Shown piece by piece: positions 10,846 to 21,560 of a DNA stretch of 47,580 nucleotides (position 1 is the first letter of the stretch; each line of letters starts with the position of its first letter). Source of the stretch: an uncultured Flavobacteriales bacterium (GTDB lineage: Bacteria > Bacteroidota > Bacteroidia > AKYH767-A > 2013-40CM-41-45); assembly GCA_964355035.1 (NCBI GenBank), contig CAYHCU010000002.1, positions 1-47,580 on the forward strand, given 5' to 3'. The translations under genes were made by a program, and so were the position numbers. The notes beneath the pieces were generated by a model. The model was not told the DNA's origin. It saw only the letters and a list, made by a program, of their open reading frames with translations, and did no database searches.

Positions 10846-13800
10846 ATGAAACAAAAGAATCGCAAAATTGATTTTGAAATATATCTTGTATTTATTATTG
10901 TAATAGGCATTTCTGTTTTTAATGCTATTTACAGTTCCTTAAATATTTCTAAAAATCAAGATACCACCAGTAAAATAATGATGGTGGATATCCCGTCTCT
11001 TCAGTCTTTGGAGCGTATGAATTTGTTGATTACAAAATCAAAAATGTATTCGACGAATTGGGTTTACTTGCAGAGTAACAAGGATGATAAGGCAAAGCTT
11101 CAAATGATTCACGAAGTAGAGTACCCGGCGTTGAAAGCTGAAATAGTTAATTTAATGAGAAGCTGGAAAGATGTTAACGACATAGATTCAATGAAGTATA
11201 TTTTTTCGGATTTTGAAAAGTGCATGGTTTATCAAGACGAACTCATGCACACCTTGGTTAATTTTGACGATTACGAAGACGCGGTAAAGAAATTTCAAGC
11301 GGAGGGCGTTATTGAAAATCAAGTTCTACCTCAGAGCACAAAAATTATTAGTCAGCTAGACAGACTTATCCAAAAAATGAAAACAAACGCGGACTCATTA
11401 CACGCGGCTATGTTAGCGAGTTCTCGAATTTTGATGTGGAGTGTATTGGGGATTGCAATATTGATCGTGATGGTGGTTTTGTTCGCAGCGTTTTATATGT
11501 CAAATCACATCATTGTTCCTACAATGAAATTAAGAAACATTGTTGCTCAAATGGCAGAAGGCGAGATCCCTGATATGAATTTTAAGAAAAGAAGAAACGC
11601 CGTTGGTCAAATGATAGAAGCTGTTGGTATTTTGGCGACAAGTTTAAAGAAAACCGCATATTTTGCTCATGCAATTGGTGAGGGTAATTTAAGTATCGAG
11701 TATCAACCACTAAGCGATAATGACGAATTAGGTAATGCTTTGATTCAAATGCGGGACAGTCTTCGACATGCGGATGAAGAGAATCGTCAGCGTACATGGG
11801 TTTCTTCCCGAACAGAGAAGATTAACGAGGCTTTGCGTGAAAACACGGATGATATAGACAAGCTTTCGGAATCGATTATTAGTACAATGGTTAGATATTT
11901 AAACGCTTATCATGGTGGGTTATATTTACTCGATAATTCTGTAATTGATAAGGATTGCAAAATTGTTCTACATGGAAGTTATGGAATGCACAACAAGGTT
12001 AAAGCACAGCAGAGCGTAGAGTATGGTGAAGGATTAGTAGGACAGGCAATTAAGGATGGAGAGGTAATTTATTTGCAAGATGTTCCTAGTTCTTATACTA
12101 TTATCGGAAGCGGTCTTGGCAGCATGCCTGCATCGCATGTTTTGATTATTCCTTTGAAGCATCAAGAGAAGATTTATGGTGCCGTTGAATTGGCCGGGTT
12201 TAATTCATTTCAATCATTCGAAATTGGATTTATTAAAAGTATTGGAGAAACTATTGGGTCAACGATTGCTTCGGTAATTTCGAATACTCTAACTAAAAAA
12301 TTATTGGACGAGACTCAAAAGCAGGCTGAATTGTTAAGGTCGCAAGAGGAAGAGCTTTTAAGAACGAACGATGAGCTATCAAGTCAGTCGCAGCGCTTAC
12401 TTGCCTCAGAGGAAGGTTTGAGACAAGGAAATATTGAGATGAGAAAGAAAGCCAGGGAGCTTGGAGAAAAAAATGTAGTTTTAGAACAGGCTCGAGAAGC
12501 GATTGGGATTAAAGTAAAAGAGCTTGAATTAAACAACAGGTACAAGTCAGAGTTTCTTGCGAACATGTCTCATGAATTAAGAACACCATTAAACAGTGTT
12601 TTAATACTAGCAAAGTTATTATCAGACAATAAGGATAGAAATTTAACGGATAAGCAAGCAGAGTATGCAAGGGTTATTCATAAGTCCGGAAATGACTTAT
12701 TGTTATTGATTAATGATATACTTGATTTATCGAAGATAGAAGCTGGACGGATTGAATTAATTCCCGAACACGCAAGTATCGACCAAATTAAATCGGATGT
12801 GATTTCATTGTTTAGCGAAGTTGCGAATGATAAAGAAATTGATTTTGTAATTGAAAAGAATAGCGATTTACCGAACACTATTTTTACAGATAGAGTAAGA
12901 CTTGAGCAGATTCTTAAAAATTTATTAGCAAATGCTTTTAAGTTTACATCAGCGAAGGGAAAAATTGTTTTGAAGATAAAACGACCGGATCGTTCCACGC
13001 TTTTTTCGAACCATACATTAAGCAGAGAGAAGAATATTATAGAGTTTTCGGTAACAGACACGGGAATAGGTATTCCTAAAGATAAGCAAGCTTTAATTTT
13101 TGAAGCGTTTGCTCAAGCGGATGGAAGTACAAGTAGAAAGTATGGCGGTACAGGATTAGGCTTATCGATCAGCAAAATGTTAGTATCTATGTTGGGGGGA
13201 GAAATGCAGTTAATAAGTGAACAAGGAGTTGGAAGTACATTCTTTGTTTATTTACCGGAAATGTTGAAGTTGAATACCGAAATTGTTTCACATGAAACAG
13301 AAGTTTCCGTTGTAGATTTTAAAAAAGCAGTTCGTCCTATGGATGATAGAGATTCAATTCGTGAAACCGATAAATTATTGTTGATAATTGAGAATGATGT
13401 TAAGTACGCAACCGTGTTGTTGGATTTAGCTCATGAAAGAAAATTCAAAGCGATTTTAGCAGTTGAAGAGAATGAGATTCTGGTTTACGCAGAAAAATAT
13501 AAGCCGTCTGCAATTATTATAGATGAAATGATGGCGGGAGGAGCATCCCATACAATTGTAGAAAAAATCAGATCAATAAGCTCTTTTGCAACAATACCAA
13601 TGCATATACTTTCAGAATTTGATAGGATGCCAAGTTTTGAAGAAAACGTGACTACTGCTTATTTGCGAAAACCGCTTGATAAGCGAGATTTGGATGACGC
13701 TTTTACTTCATTAGATAAGAATTTAAGTAATGCAATTCGAAATGTATTAGTCGTGGAAGATATGAGTTTACATCAGGAGATAGTGAAGAACCTTTTGGGA

Positions 13801-14547
13801 ACACGGTACACCGACACAAAAGTTCATTTGGCTAAAAGTGTTAATGAGGCGAAAGAATTATTAAGCAGCGTTGTTTTTGATTGCATCATTTTAGATTTGG
13901 ATCTTGGTAATGGTTCTGAAGAAGGATGTGAATTTTTGAAATGGATAAAAGTTTCTCCCTCTACCAGATTAATTCCCGTTATAGTGTTTACGGGTACAGA
14001 TGTTAATACAATGACCGGGGAAACGTTGACTAGTTTATCAGATGCTATTGTGATGAAGGATGGTGATGCTATGGATAAGCTGATGAAAGAAACCGATGCT
14101 TTTTTAATAACAATTGAAAAGAAATCTGCGGAGGAAGTTCCTGCTACACCACAATATATGAAGGAGATTTTCGCAGGCAAGAAGGTTTTGTTAGTTGATG
14201 ATGATATGAGGAACATTTATGCTTTAACCAGTATTCTTGAAAACCAAAAGATGATTATTATTCCGGCAACGAATGGTAAAGACGCATTAAACAAATTGGA
14301 GAAATATGGGGATGTTGATATTATTTTAATGGATATCATGATGCCTGAGATGGATGGATTTGAAGCGATGCAAAAGATTAGAATGATAAAAAGGTATCAG
14401 ACCACTCCTATTCTTTCTTTAACAGCAAAAGCAATGGTCGGAGATAAAGAAAAGTGCATACAGTGTGGCGCTTCTGATTTTATTTCAAAACCCGTAAACA
14501 CAGAAGAGCTTTTTTCTATGATGCGCGTTTGGTTGTACAGGGACTAG
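10846..14547 (+). CDS. Hybrid sensor histidine kinase (periplasmic helical sensor, HAMP, GAF, coiled coil, HisKA, HATPase, three receiver-like domains)
   Basis: Two TM helices flank a ~170-aa periplasmic segment. H-box FLANMSHELRTPLN. G-boxes DTGIGI and GGTGLGLSI. Three REC-like regions follow, and the last is canonical (LLVDDD...ILMDIMMPEMDG...SLTAKA...SKPV). Confidence 0.9.
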   Translation: MKQKNRKIDFEIYLVFIIVIGISVFNAIYSSLNISKNQDTTSKIMMVDIPSLQSLERMNLLITKSKMYSTNWVYLQSNKDDKAKLQMIHEVEYPALKAEIVNLMRSWKDVNDIDSMKYIFSDFEKCMVYQDELMHTLVNFDDYEDAVKKFQAEGVIENQVLPQSTKIISQLDRLIQKMKTNADSLHAAMLASSRILMWSVLGIAILIVMVVLFAAFYMSNHIIVPTMKLRNIVAQMAEGEIPDMNFKKRRNAVGQMIEAVGILATSLKKTAYFAHAIGEGNLSIEYQPLSDNDELGNALIQMRDSLRHADEENRQRTWVSSRTEKINEALRENTDDIDKLSESIISTMVRYLNAYHGGLYLLDNSVIDKDCKIVLHGSYGMHNKVKAQQSVEYGEGLVGQAIKDGEVIYLQDVPSSYTIIGSGLGSMPASHVLIIPLKHQEKIYGAVELAGFNSFQSFEIGFIKSIGETIGSTIASVISNTLTKKLLDETQKQAELLRSQEEELLRTNDELSSQSQRLLASEEGLRQGNIEMRKKARELGEKNVVLEQAREAIGIKVKELELNNRYKSEFLANMSHELRTPLNSVLILAKLLSDNKDRNLTDKQAEYARVIHKSGNDLLLLINDILDLSKIEAGRIELIPEHASIDQIKSDVISLFSEVANDKEIDFVIEKNSDLPNTIFTDRVRLEQILKNLLANAFKFTSAKGKIVLKIKRPDRSTLFSNHTLSREKNIIEFSVTDTGIGIPKDKQALIFEAFAQADGSTSRKYGGTGLGLSISKMLVSMLGGEMQLISEQGVGSTFFVYLPEMLKLNTEIVSHETEVSVVDFKKAVRPMDDRDSIRETDKLLLIIENDVKYATVLLDLAHERKFKAILAVEENEILVYAEKYKPSAIIIDEMMAGGASHTIVEKIRSISSFATIPMHILSEFDRMPSFEENVTTAYLRKPLDKRDLDDAFTSLDKNLSNAIRNVLVVEDMSLHQEIVKNLLGTRYTDTKVHLAKSVNEAKELLSSVVFDCIILDLDLGNGSEEGCEFLKWIKVSPSTRLIPVIVFTGTDVNTMTGETLTSLSDAIVMKDGDAMDKLMKETDAFLITIEKKSAEEVPATPQYMKEIFAGKKVLLVDDDMRNIYALTSILENQKMIIIPATNGKDALNKLEKYGDVDIILMDIMMPEMDGFEAMQKIRMIKRYQTTPILSLTAKAMVGDKEKCIQCGASDFISKPVNTEELFSMMRVWLYRD

Positions 14548-14867
14548 TAGTTTGGTTATAGAGAGAATGTTTTGAGGAATTAGGATCCGGTTTTAAGTAT
14601 CAAAACACTGCGGAAACTGTAAGAAGTTGAATGGAATTTAGTTTCGCCAAAGTGGTATAATTTATCAGAAAGAAGAGTTATTGGAAAGAGTTTTTTTTTC
14701 ACCCGATTTAAACAGATATAAATGAAAATTAGTAAAGAGTTTTATTGTAAGGTTGAACCTAGAACAGGAGAATTCTTAAGCGTAAAAGAAGTATTATTGA
14801 TACATACACACATATACTCATGTTAACACCCACAATTGCATTGAACGAAGCCAAAGATGGTCTCACC

Positions 14868-15956
14868 ATGCAAGACAAAATAAAGATTTTATTGGTAGAT
14901 GATCGTCCGGAGAATTTAATTTCAATGGAGAGCATGTTGGAGAATAGTTCTCGTATTATAATAAAAGCGAATTCAGGAAACGAAGCTCTTAAGTTTGCTT
15001 TGGAGAACGAAATAGCTTTGATATTACTTGATGTCCAAATGCCGGATATGGATGGTTTTGAAGTTGCACGTTTGCTGAAAGAAAATTCGCGAACAAAAGA
15101 CATTTCAATAATTTTCGTAACGGCCCTTAGCAAGGATGAAAAGTTTACGATTCAAGGTTATGAAGAGGGTGCTGTAGATTATTTGCACAAGCCACTAGAT
15201 TACAACATTGTTTTGGCGAAGGTTAATGTTTTTCAAAGGCTGTACATTCAGCAGAGGGAATTGAAGGCGATTAACGATAAATTACAACAAACTAACAAAC
15301 AGCTTGACGAATTCGTTTATGTGGTCTCACATGACTTAAAAGCACCTTTGAGAGGCCTTTCCAGCTTGGCCACTTTCCTTGAAGAGGAACTAGGACCAAA
15401 CCCCAAGCAAGAGGCTATAGATATTGTGAATATGATGAAAAGTCGTACAGCTCGGTTGCAGGGTTTGATTGACGGAATTCTTCATTACAGTCGGATGGGG
15501 AACGTGTCCGGAGAAAAGGAAACGTTTTCAACTAAAGAATTGGTTAACAGTATAATAGACTTATTATGTCCCCCATCTAATTTTCGATTTGAGATTTCAG
15601 ATAATTTACCAATTGTAACAGCGGAGCAAATCAAGTTGCACGAAGTGTTTCAAAACTTGATTTCCAATAGTATTAAATATAATACGAAAGAGAATGCAGT
15701 AATTCGGATTGAACATCAGGAATATCCTACGTACAATGAATTTTCTGTAATAGATAACGGTATAGGAATCAAGGAAGAACATCTTGAAAAGATTTTTGGT
15801 ATCTTCCAAACATTGGTTGCAAAGGATAAGGTGGAGAGCACGGGAATCGGCTTAACAATTGTAAAAAAGATTGTTGAGCAACAAGGAGGTTCTGTTATTG
15901 TGACATCTAAGTTTGGAGAGGGATCCTGTTTTAAATTTCGTTGGATGAAAGCCTAA
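14868..15956 (+). CDS. Response-regulator receiver fused to histidine kinase (REC-HisKA-HATPase)
   Basis: REC (ILLVDDRPENL...LLDVQMPDMDGFEV...TALSKD), H-box FVYVVSHDLKAPLR, HATPase (DNGIGI, GIGLTIVKK). ATG 14868 sits right before the REC domain. ATG 14820 is the longer alternative. Confidence 0.85.
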   Translation: MQDKIKILLVDDRPENLISMESMLENSSRIIIKANSGNEALKFALENEIALILLDVQMPDMDGFEVARLLKENSRTKDISIIFVTALSKDEKFTIQGYEEGAVDYLHKPLDYNIVLAKVNVFQRLYIQQRELKAINDKLQQTNKQLDEFVYVVSHDLKAPLRGLSSLATFLEEELGPNPKQEAIDIVNMMKSRTARLQGLIDGILHYSRMGNVSGEKETFSTKELVNSIIDLLCPPSNFRFEISDNLPIVTAEQIKLHEVFQNLISNSIKYNTKENAVIRIEHQEYPTYNEFSVIDNGIGIKEEHLEKIFGIFQTLVAKDKVESTGIGLTIVKKIVEQQGGSVIVTSKFGEGSCFKFRWMKA

Positions 15957-15998
15957 AAAGTCTAAACTATTGATAATTAGTTATGTAATTAATAAATA

Positions 15999-16880
15999 CT
16001 ACTTAACAAACACGTAAATGACGCTGGAAAACTTCTCGGCGTCATTTTTTGCTTTTAGATTTGATGCAAGACCGGTTAAAAATGCAGATGTCAGCTTATT
16101 TGTTTTGTGAATATTTTTTTCAGTAAGCATGGATACATAGAAACCATCAAATTTCATAGGATATGCCTTTACAAAGGCTAACTTATGTTTACGAAATAGC
16201 GCCTTAATGGTTATGGGCGTAAAATGGTAGAGATGACGTGGAACATCGTAAGCCGCCCAATTATTTCCATAGTTTATAGCATCGTGTGAAATGCAATTTG
16301 GCACTGCGATTATAGCTTTCCCGCCTGGTTTTAAGAGATTGTAGATTTCTGTTACCCTTTCGTTTAGTGTATGCACGTGTTCTAAGACATGCCACATTGT
16401 TATTACATCGAAATATTCAGGCTGGAGCGTTACTATCCCCTCTTCAGGTAAAACATTTAGGTTATAGTTAGAAATTCCTTGGGATCTGGCTTTTTCACTT
16501 GGTTCAATGCCGAGGACCATCCAGTTGTCCTTTGTTGCTGTATTTAAAAATTCTCCTGTACCACAACCAATATCAAGTAAACGACCTTTGGTTGAGTGTT
16601 TATTAATTAATTCGACTTTTTGTTTAAGTGAATAGTTTCTAACCCACTGATATACTTTGTTTATTATCCCTTTTTTTGAATTACTATGACTGATATAGTC
16701 CGGACTTTCGTAATACCTCCCTATTTCGTCTTTATCGGGACGCGGATTTGTATATTTGAAGCCACAGGTTGTGCAGGCAACAATTGAAAATTTTTCATGA
16801 GAAACTGTGTAGTCTTCGCAATCAAATTCTTTTTTTGATGTATTTCCGCCACATATTGGGCAATTTGTTAATATTTGCAT
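15999..16880 (-). CDS. Class I SAM-dependent methyltransferase with N-terminal zinc ribbon
   Basis: CPICGG...CTTCGF zinc ribbon and SAM motif I (LLDIGCGTGEF). Confidence 0.8.
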   Translation of the reverse strand: MQILTNCPICGGNTSKKEFDCEDYTVSHEKFSIVACTTCGFKYTNPRPDKDEIGRYYESPDYISHSNSKKGIINKVYQWVRNYSLKQKVELINKHSTKGRLLDIGCGTGEFLNTATKDNWMVLGIEPSEKARSQGISNYNLNVLPEEGIVTLQPEYFDVITMWHVLEHVHTLNERVTEIYNLLKPGGKAIIAVPNCISHDAINYGNNWAAYDVPRHLYHFTPITIKALFRKHKLAFVKAYPMKFDGFYVSMLTEKNIHKTNKLTSAFLTGLASNLKAKNDAEKFSSVIYVFVK

Positions 16881-16924
16881 GTCAATATTTGCGAGTTATG
16901 ATTTGCGAGTTAATATTTGCAGGA
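16869..16924. repeat. Four tandem 14-bp units containing ATTTGC, spanning the methyltransferase start codon and its upstream region
   Basis: ATTTGC recurs at 16873, 16887, 16901 and 16915, an exact 14-bp spacing. Confidence 0.5.
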
Positions 16925-16983
16925 TAAATTGTTCCACGTGAAACATTTTAGGGCACAGGGTTTTGAAATTGGTTTATTCTGCT

Positions 16984-18858
16984 CTATTTAGTGAGAAAAA
17001 CCATTAGAACAGAAATATCTGAAGGGGAAATCCCACTTATTCTAGAGGCCTGCCCAAGCGTGCCGGGTTTTATAGCAGTAAGTTTTATTCTTGCTTCCAT
17101 TGAAAGAGAAGAAAGAGCATGATAATTAAAATCGTTTTTCAGGAAAATATCTTCCATTTTACTAAATTTATTGACTATTTCATTCTCTTTCCCAATATAC
17201 CCTTCGTATTTCATGGAAATTTCTGCTTGTTCAATTGCTTCTGAGCGAAAGCTTTCCGGAATTGTATTGATATAATCGCTTAATGGCTTTACTGCAGATG
17301 CAATTAGTTCCATGTTGAGTTGTGGCCTTAGTAGCACACCCGAAAGTTTCACTTTCTGACGAAGCTCGTCTGTTCCTGCTTCGGCCATCATTTCGTTGAC
17401 CTCCTCGGGAGCAACAGAATAGTTTTTTATGAAATCAACGAGTTCGTTGCAATACATCACTTTATTTTCAACCCGTGCTAAACGTTCATCAGAAGCAAGC
17501 CCTAAAGCATTACTCATTGGTGTTAAACGAACATCTGCATTGTCTTGCCTTAATAATGTGCGAAATTCGGCTCTTGAAGTAAACATACGATATGGTTCGT
17601 CTGTTCCTTTAGTAACAAGGTCGTCAATAAGAACACCTATATAAGCCTCTGAGCGCTTCAAAATGAAGGGTTCTTTATCATTAATGTTTAGGTGTGCATT
17701 TATTCCGGCCATTAAGCCTTGACAAGCTGCTTCCTCGTATCCGGTAGTACCATTAATTTGACCCGCAAAAAAGAGGTTTTTTACTAATTTGGTTTCAAGT
17801 GTAAGTCCTAGTTGTTGCGGAGGGAAGTAATCGTATTCGATTGCATAACCTGGACGAAACATTTTTGCCTTTTCAAATCCGGGGATCATTTTTAAGGCGC
17901 GATCCTGAACATCTTCAGGGAGAGAAGTTGAGAAACCGTTCAAATAGATTTCCACTGTATTCCAGCCTTCCGGTTCAACAAAAAGCTGATGCCTTTCTTT
18001 ATCTGCGAATCGATTTATTTTATCTTCAATCGAAGGACAATAACGGGGCCCAACACCTTGGATACGACCGGTAAACATTGGTGATTTTTCAAATCCTTCT
18101 TTAAGGATATTATGAACAGCATCGTTTGTGTAGGTGATCCAGCAGCAGCGTTGATTTTCAGGTATTGGCGTTTCTAAAAAAGAAAATCGTCCCGGTATAA
18201 CATCGCCATGTTGCTCTTCCATTTTAGAATAGTCGAGCGAACGGCCATCAATTCGAGGCGGAGTTCCGGTTTTCATTCTACCACTTTGAAAACCAATAGA
18301 TACCAGTTGTTCTGTGATACCTGTAGCTGCATTTTCACCAGTCCTTCCGCCGCCAAAGTTTTTTTCGCCGATATGAATTATTCCATTGAGAAAAGTTCCG
18401 TTTGTTAATATCACGGCTTTGGCACCAAATTCAAGTCCCATTCCGGTTATAACGCCAACTACTTGATTATCAGTAATAATCAAGGATTTAACCATGTCTT
18501 GCCAAAAGTCAACATTGGGTGTTTGCTCAAGCATATTGCGCCACTCGGAAGCAAAGACCATTCGATCATTTTGCGTACGTGGACTCCACATCGCTTGACC
18601 TTTTGAGCGATTCAACATACGAAACTGAATCATAGACTTATCGGAAACAATACCGCTGTAGCCTCCCATGGCATCTATCTCTCTAACAATCTGACCTTTA
18701 GCAATTCCGCCCATTGCCGGATTACACGACATTTGAGCAATTGTTTGCATGTTCATGGTTACCAAAAGAACTTTGGAACCCATGTTCGCAGCAGCAGCAG
18801 CAGCCTCGCAACCGGCATGACCGGCACCAACAACAATAACATCGTAAATCGCTTGCAT
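16984..18858 (-). CDS. mnmG: tRNA uridine-5-carboxymethylaminomethyl modification enzyme MnmG (GidA)
   Basis: FAD GxGxxG motif ([14 protein letters not shown]). Conserved MnmG blocks ([34 protein letters not shown]). The length is 624 aa. Confidence 0.95.
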   Translation of the reverse strand: MQAIYDVIVVGAGHAGCEAAAAAANMGSKVLLVTMNMQTIAQMSCNPAMGGIAKGQIVREIDAMGGYSGIVSDKSMIQFRMLNRSKGQAMWSPRTQNDRMVFASEWRNMLEQTPNVDFWQDMVKSLIITDNQVVGVITGMGLEFGAKAVILTNGTFLNGIIHIGEKNFGGGRTGENAATGITEQLVSIGFQSGRMKTGTPPRIDGRSLDYSKMEEQHGDVIPGRFSFLETPIPENQRCCWITYTNDAVHNILKEGFEKSPMFTGRIQGVGPRYCPSIEDKINRFADKERHQLFVEPEGWNTVEIYLNGFSTSLPEDVQDRALKMIPGFEKAKMFRPGYAIEYDYFPPQQLGLTLETKLVKNLFFAGQINGTTGYEEAACQGLMAGINAHLNINDKEPFILKRSEAYIGVLIDDLVTKGTDEPYRMFTSRAEFRTLLRQDNADVRLTPMSNALGLASDERLARVENKVMYCNELVDFIKNYSVAPEEVNEMMAEAGTDELRQKVKLSGVLLRPQLNMELIASAVKPLSDYINTIPESFRSEAIEQAEISMKYEGYIGKENEIVNKFSKMEDIFLKNDFNYHALSSLSMEARIKLTAIKPGTLGQASRISGISPSDISVLMVFLTK

Positions 18859-19059
18859 AGCTGCAAAGCTAAAGAAATTTTATTGGTGGTTCGAGGTTCG
18901 TTTTTACGAAGCAAAAGATATAATCATATTGTGAATTTATAATACCCCCTCTTTTCAATCACCACTTACCATTCACTACTTACCGTAAAAGAATATTAAA
19001 TGTAAAACAATCGTTCCTGTGAAAATCTTTTTATTTTTGCTGGCCCAATATTTTTTTGT

Positions 19060-21003
19060 TTGAGTAAACATTATGATCATAAAGTAACAGGAGCCATGCT
19101 TCTTGTTACGCTTGGAATTATCTACGGGGACATTGGTACATCGCCACTCTACGTAATGAAAGCCATTGTAGGTAAACAACCAATCAATTCTGAAGTTGTC
19201 TTAGGTGGAATATCATGTATTTTTTGGACGCTTACCATTCAAACGACCTTCAAGTATGTCATGCTTACTTTAAGAGCAGATAACAAAGGAGAAGGAGGAA
19301 TCTTTTCACTCTATGCATTAATACGCCGAACGAAATTAAAGTGGTTGATATGGCCGGCAATTATTGGAGGGTCAGCTTTGTTAGCCGATGGAATAATTAC
19401 TCCGCCAATTTCTGTTTCCTCCGCCATTGAGGGATTGCGAATTTTCAATCCTGAAATCCCTACCGTACCAATAGTAATTGCAATTCTTACAGCATTATTT
19501 TTCATTCAGCAATTCGGAACAAAATTTGTCGGGCAATTTTTCGGTCCAATCATGTTGGTTTGGTTTTCCACAATAGCTGTATTGGGTGTTTCCAATATGC
19601 TTGTGAATCCATCTGTTTTAAAAGCGCTGAATCCGTATTACGCAATCCATCTGATCACACAATATCCCGGAGGGTTTTGGTTATTGGGAGCCGTTTTTCT
19701 GTGTACAACAGGAGCAGAAGCATTATATAGCGACTTGGGGCATTGCGGTAGAAGAAACATTCGGATTACCTGGGTGTTTGTAAAAATTTCTTTGGTTTTG
19801 AATTATCTTGGGCAAGCAGCATGGTTACTTGAACATGAAGGATCATTACTAAAGGATAAAAATCCGTTTTTCGAAATGATGCCGGCATGGTTTCTTATTC
19901 CGGGAATCGTCATTGCAACAGTAGCGGCAATTGTTGCCAGTCAGGCGTTGATCAGCGGTTCGTTTACTTTGATCAACGAAGCCATCCGGTTAAATTTCTG
20001 GCCGAAGGTAAGAGTGGTATATCCGACAGATATGCGTGGACAGCTTTATGTTCCTTCGGTAAATTGGGTTTTGCTCTTAGGTTGTATTGGCATTACATTG
20101 TTCTTCAAAGAATCGAGCGGGATGGAGGCAGCCTATGGTTTAGCGATTATCATTACGATGTTAAGTACAACAACGCTTCTTGCTTATTATCTTTATCTAC
20201 GTCGCGTTTCATTCATCTTTATCATCTTCGTTCTTGTTCTGTTCTTAACAGTTGAATTAACTTTTCTTATTGCCAATCTCGATAAATTCCCACATGGTGG
20301 TTGGTTAACAATATTAATTGCAAGTGCTTTGGTTTTCCAAATGTGGGGATGGTATGCAGCAAGAAAAATCCGCAATCGATTTGTGGAGTTTGTAAAGGCA
20401 AAAGACTATCTCAATTTGCTAAGAGATTTAAGTCACGATTTTTCTATTCCGAAATATGCAACCCATCTTGTTTATCTGACGAGTGCAAATATGTCTGACG
20501 AAATTGAAGCCAAAGTTATGTATTCTATTTTGCAGAAACAGCCGAAACGAGCCGACATGTACTGGTTTGTTCACGTGGATGTAATGGATGAGCCATACAC
20601 CATGGATTATAAAGTGATAGAATTAATTAAAGGGAATATTATCCGAATAGATTTCCGTTTAGGCTTCCGTGTCGAGCCAAGAATTAATCTGATGTTTAGA
20701 AAAGTAGTAGAAGACATGGTTAAAAATTTCGAAGTGGACATTACTTCACGTTATGAATCATTGGGAAGAAAAAATCTGATTGGAGATTTTCGTTTTGTTG
20801 TGATGGAAAAATTCCTGAGTTATGAAAACGAATTTCCATTCTACGAAAAGATCATTCTCGACTTTTACTTCTTCTTTAAAAAAGTTTCTCTTTCAGAGGA
20901 ACGCGCTTTCGGTTTAGATACAAGTAGTGTGACTATTGAAAAGGTACCATTAATTGTAAATCCGATTGGAGAAATTAATCTTAAACGAATCAAGCAACCT
21001 TAA
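19060..21003 (+). CDS. kup: Kup/HAK/KT potassium uptake transporter
   Basis: N-terminal signature LGIIYGDIGTSPLYV, a polytopic core and a cytosolic C-terminal domain. TTG start. Confidence 0.92.
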   Translation: MSKHYDHKVTGAMLLVTLGIIYGDIGTSPLYVMKAIVGKQPINSEVVLGGISCIFWTLTIQTTFKYVMLTLRADNKGEGGIFSLYALIRRTKLKWLIWPAIIGGSALLADGIITPPISVSSAIEGLRIFNPEIPTVPIVIAILTALFFIQQFGTKFVGQFFGPIMLVWFSTIAVLGVSNMLVNPSVLKALNPYYAIHLITQYPGGFWLLGAVFLCTTGAEALYSDLGHCGRRNIRITWVFVKISLVLNYLGQAAWLLEHEGSLLKDKNPFFEMMPAWFLIPGIVIATVAAIVASQALISGSFTLINEAIRLNFWPKVRVVYPTDMRGQLYVPSVNWVLLLGCIGITLFFKESSGMEAAYGLAIIITMLSTTTLLAYYLYLRRVSFIFIIFVLVLFLTVELTFLIANLDKFPHGGWLTILIASALVFQMWGWYAARKIRNRFVEFVKAKDYLNLLRDLSHDFSIPKYATHLVYLTSANMSDEIEAKVMYSILQKQPKRADMYWFVHVDVMDEPYTMDYKVIELIKGNIIRIDFRLGFRVEPRINLMFRKVVEDMVKNFEVDITSRYESLGRKNLIGDFRFVVMEKFLSYENEFPFYEKIILDFYFFFKKVSLSEERAFGLDTSSVTIEKVPLIVNPIGEINLKRIKQP

Positions 21004-21044
21004 AAATTCACTTTTCAGTTACCCATTTTTTTTAACAAAATAAC

Positions 21045-21560
21045 ATGTCTACAATCACTAAAAGTCCGCAAGACTCACTTACGATAAACACAGAGTTCGT
21101 GTTACCGAATGATACTAATACGCTTGGCAATTTGATGGGTGGGCGACTTTTGCATTGGATGGATATTGCAGCAGCGATTTCAGCTCACCGCCATTGTGGA
21201 AGAATTGTAGTAACAGCAAGTGTAAATAATGTAAGTTTTAATCAGCCGATAAAGTTGGGAGAGATTGTAACTCTTCATGCAAAAGTTTCACGTGCCTTTA
21301 CTTCATCAATGGAAGTATTTATTGATGTTTGGGTAGAGAACAATGCTTCAGGTCAGAAAAAAAAGTGCAATGAAGCGATTTATACTTTTGTAGCAGTAGA
21401 CCAGCTTGGCAATCCGATTAATGTACCGGTATTGGTTCCCGAAACCGATGAAGAGAAGCAACGTTATGAAAGTGCATTGCGTCGTCGACAGCTTTCGTTA
21501 ATACTTGCGGGTAAAATGAAACCCGAAGATGCGACGGAGTTGAAGAAGCTGTTTTTGTGA
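21045..21560 (+). CDS. Acyl-CoA thioesterase (hotdog fold)
   Basis: LPNDTNTLGNLMGGRLLHWMDIAAAI block typical of acyl-CoA hydrolases, in a 171-aa protein. Confidence 0.8.
   Translation: MSTITKSPQDSLTINTEFVLPNDTNTLGNLMGGRLLHWMDIAAAISAHRHCGRIVVTASVNNVSFNQPIKLGEIVTLHAKVSRAFTSSMEVFIDVWVENNASGQKKKCNEAIYTFVAVDQLGNPINVPVLVPETDEEKQRYESALRRRQLSLILAGKMKPEDATELKKLFL

Noticed and set aside
14548-14867. A 320-bp gap between the two kinase genes might hide a small gene or ncRNA.
   Set aside because: I saw no ORF with a plausible start, no convincing hairpin or repeat, and no similarity to the other spacer elements. It contains only a T9 run, so I treat it as an ordinary promoter-bearing spacer.
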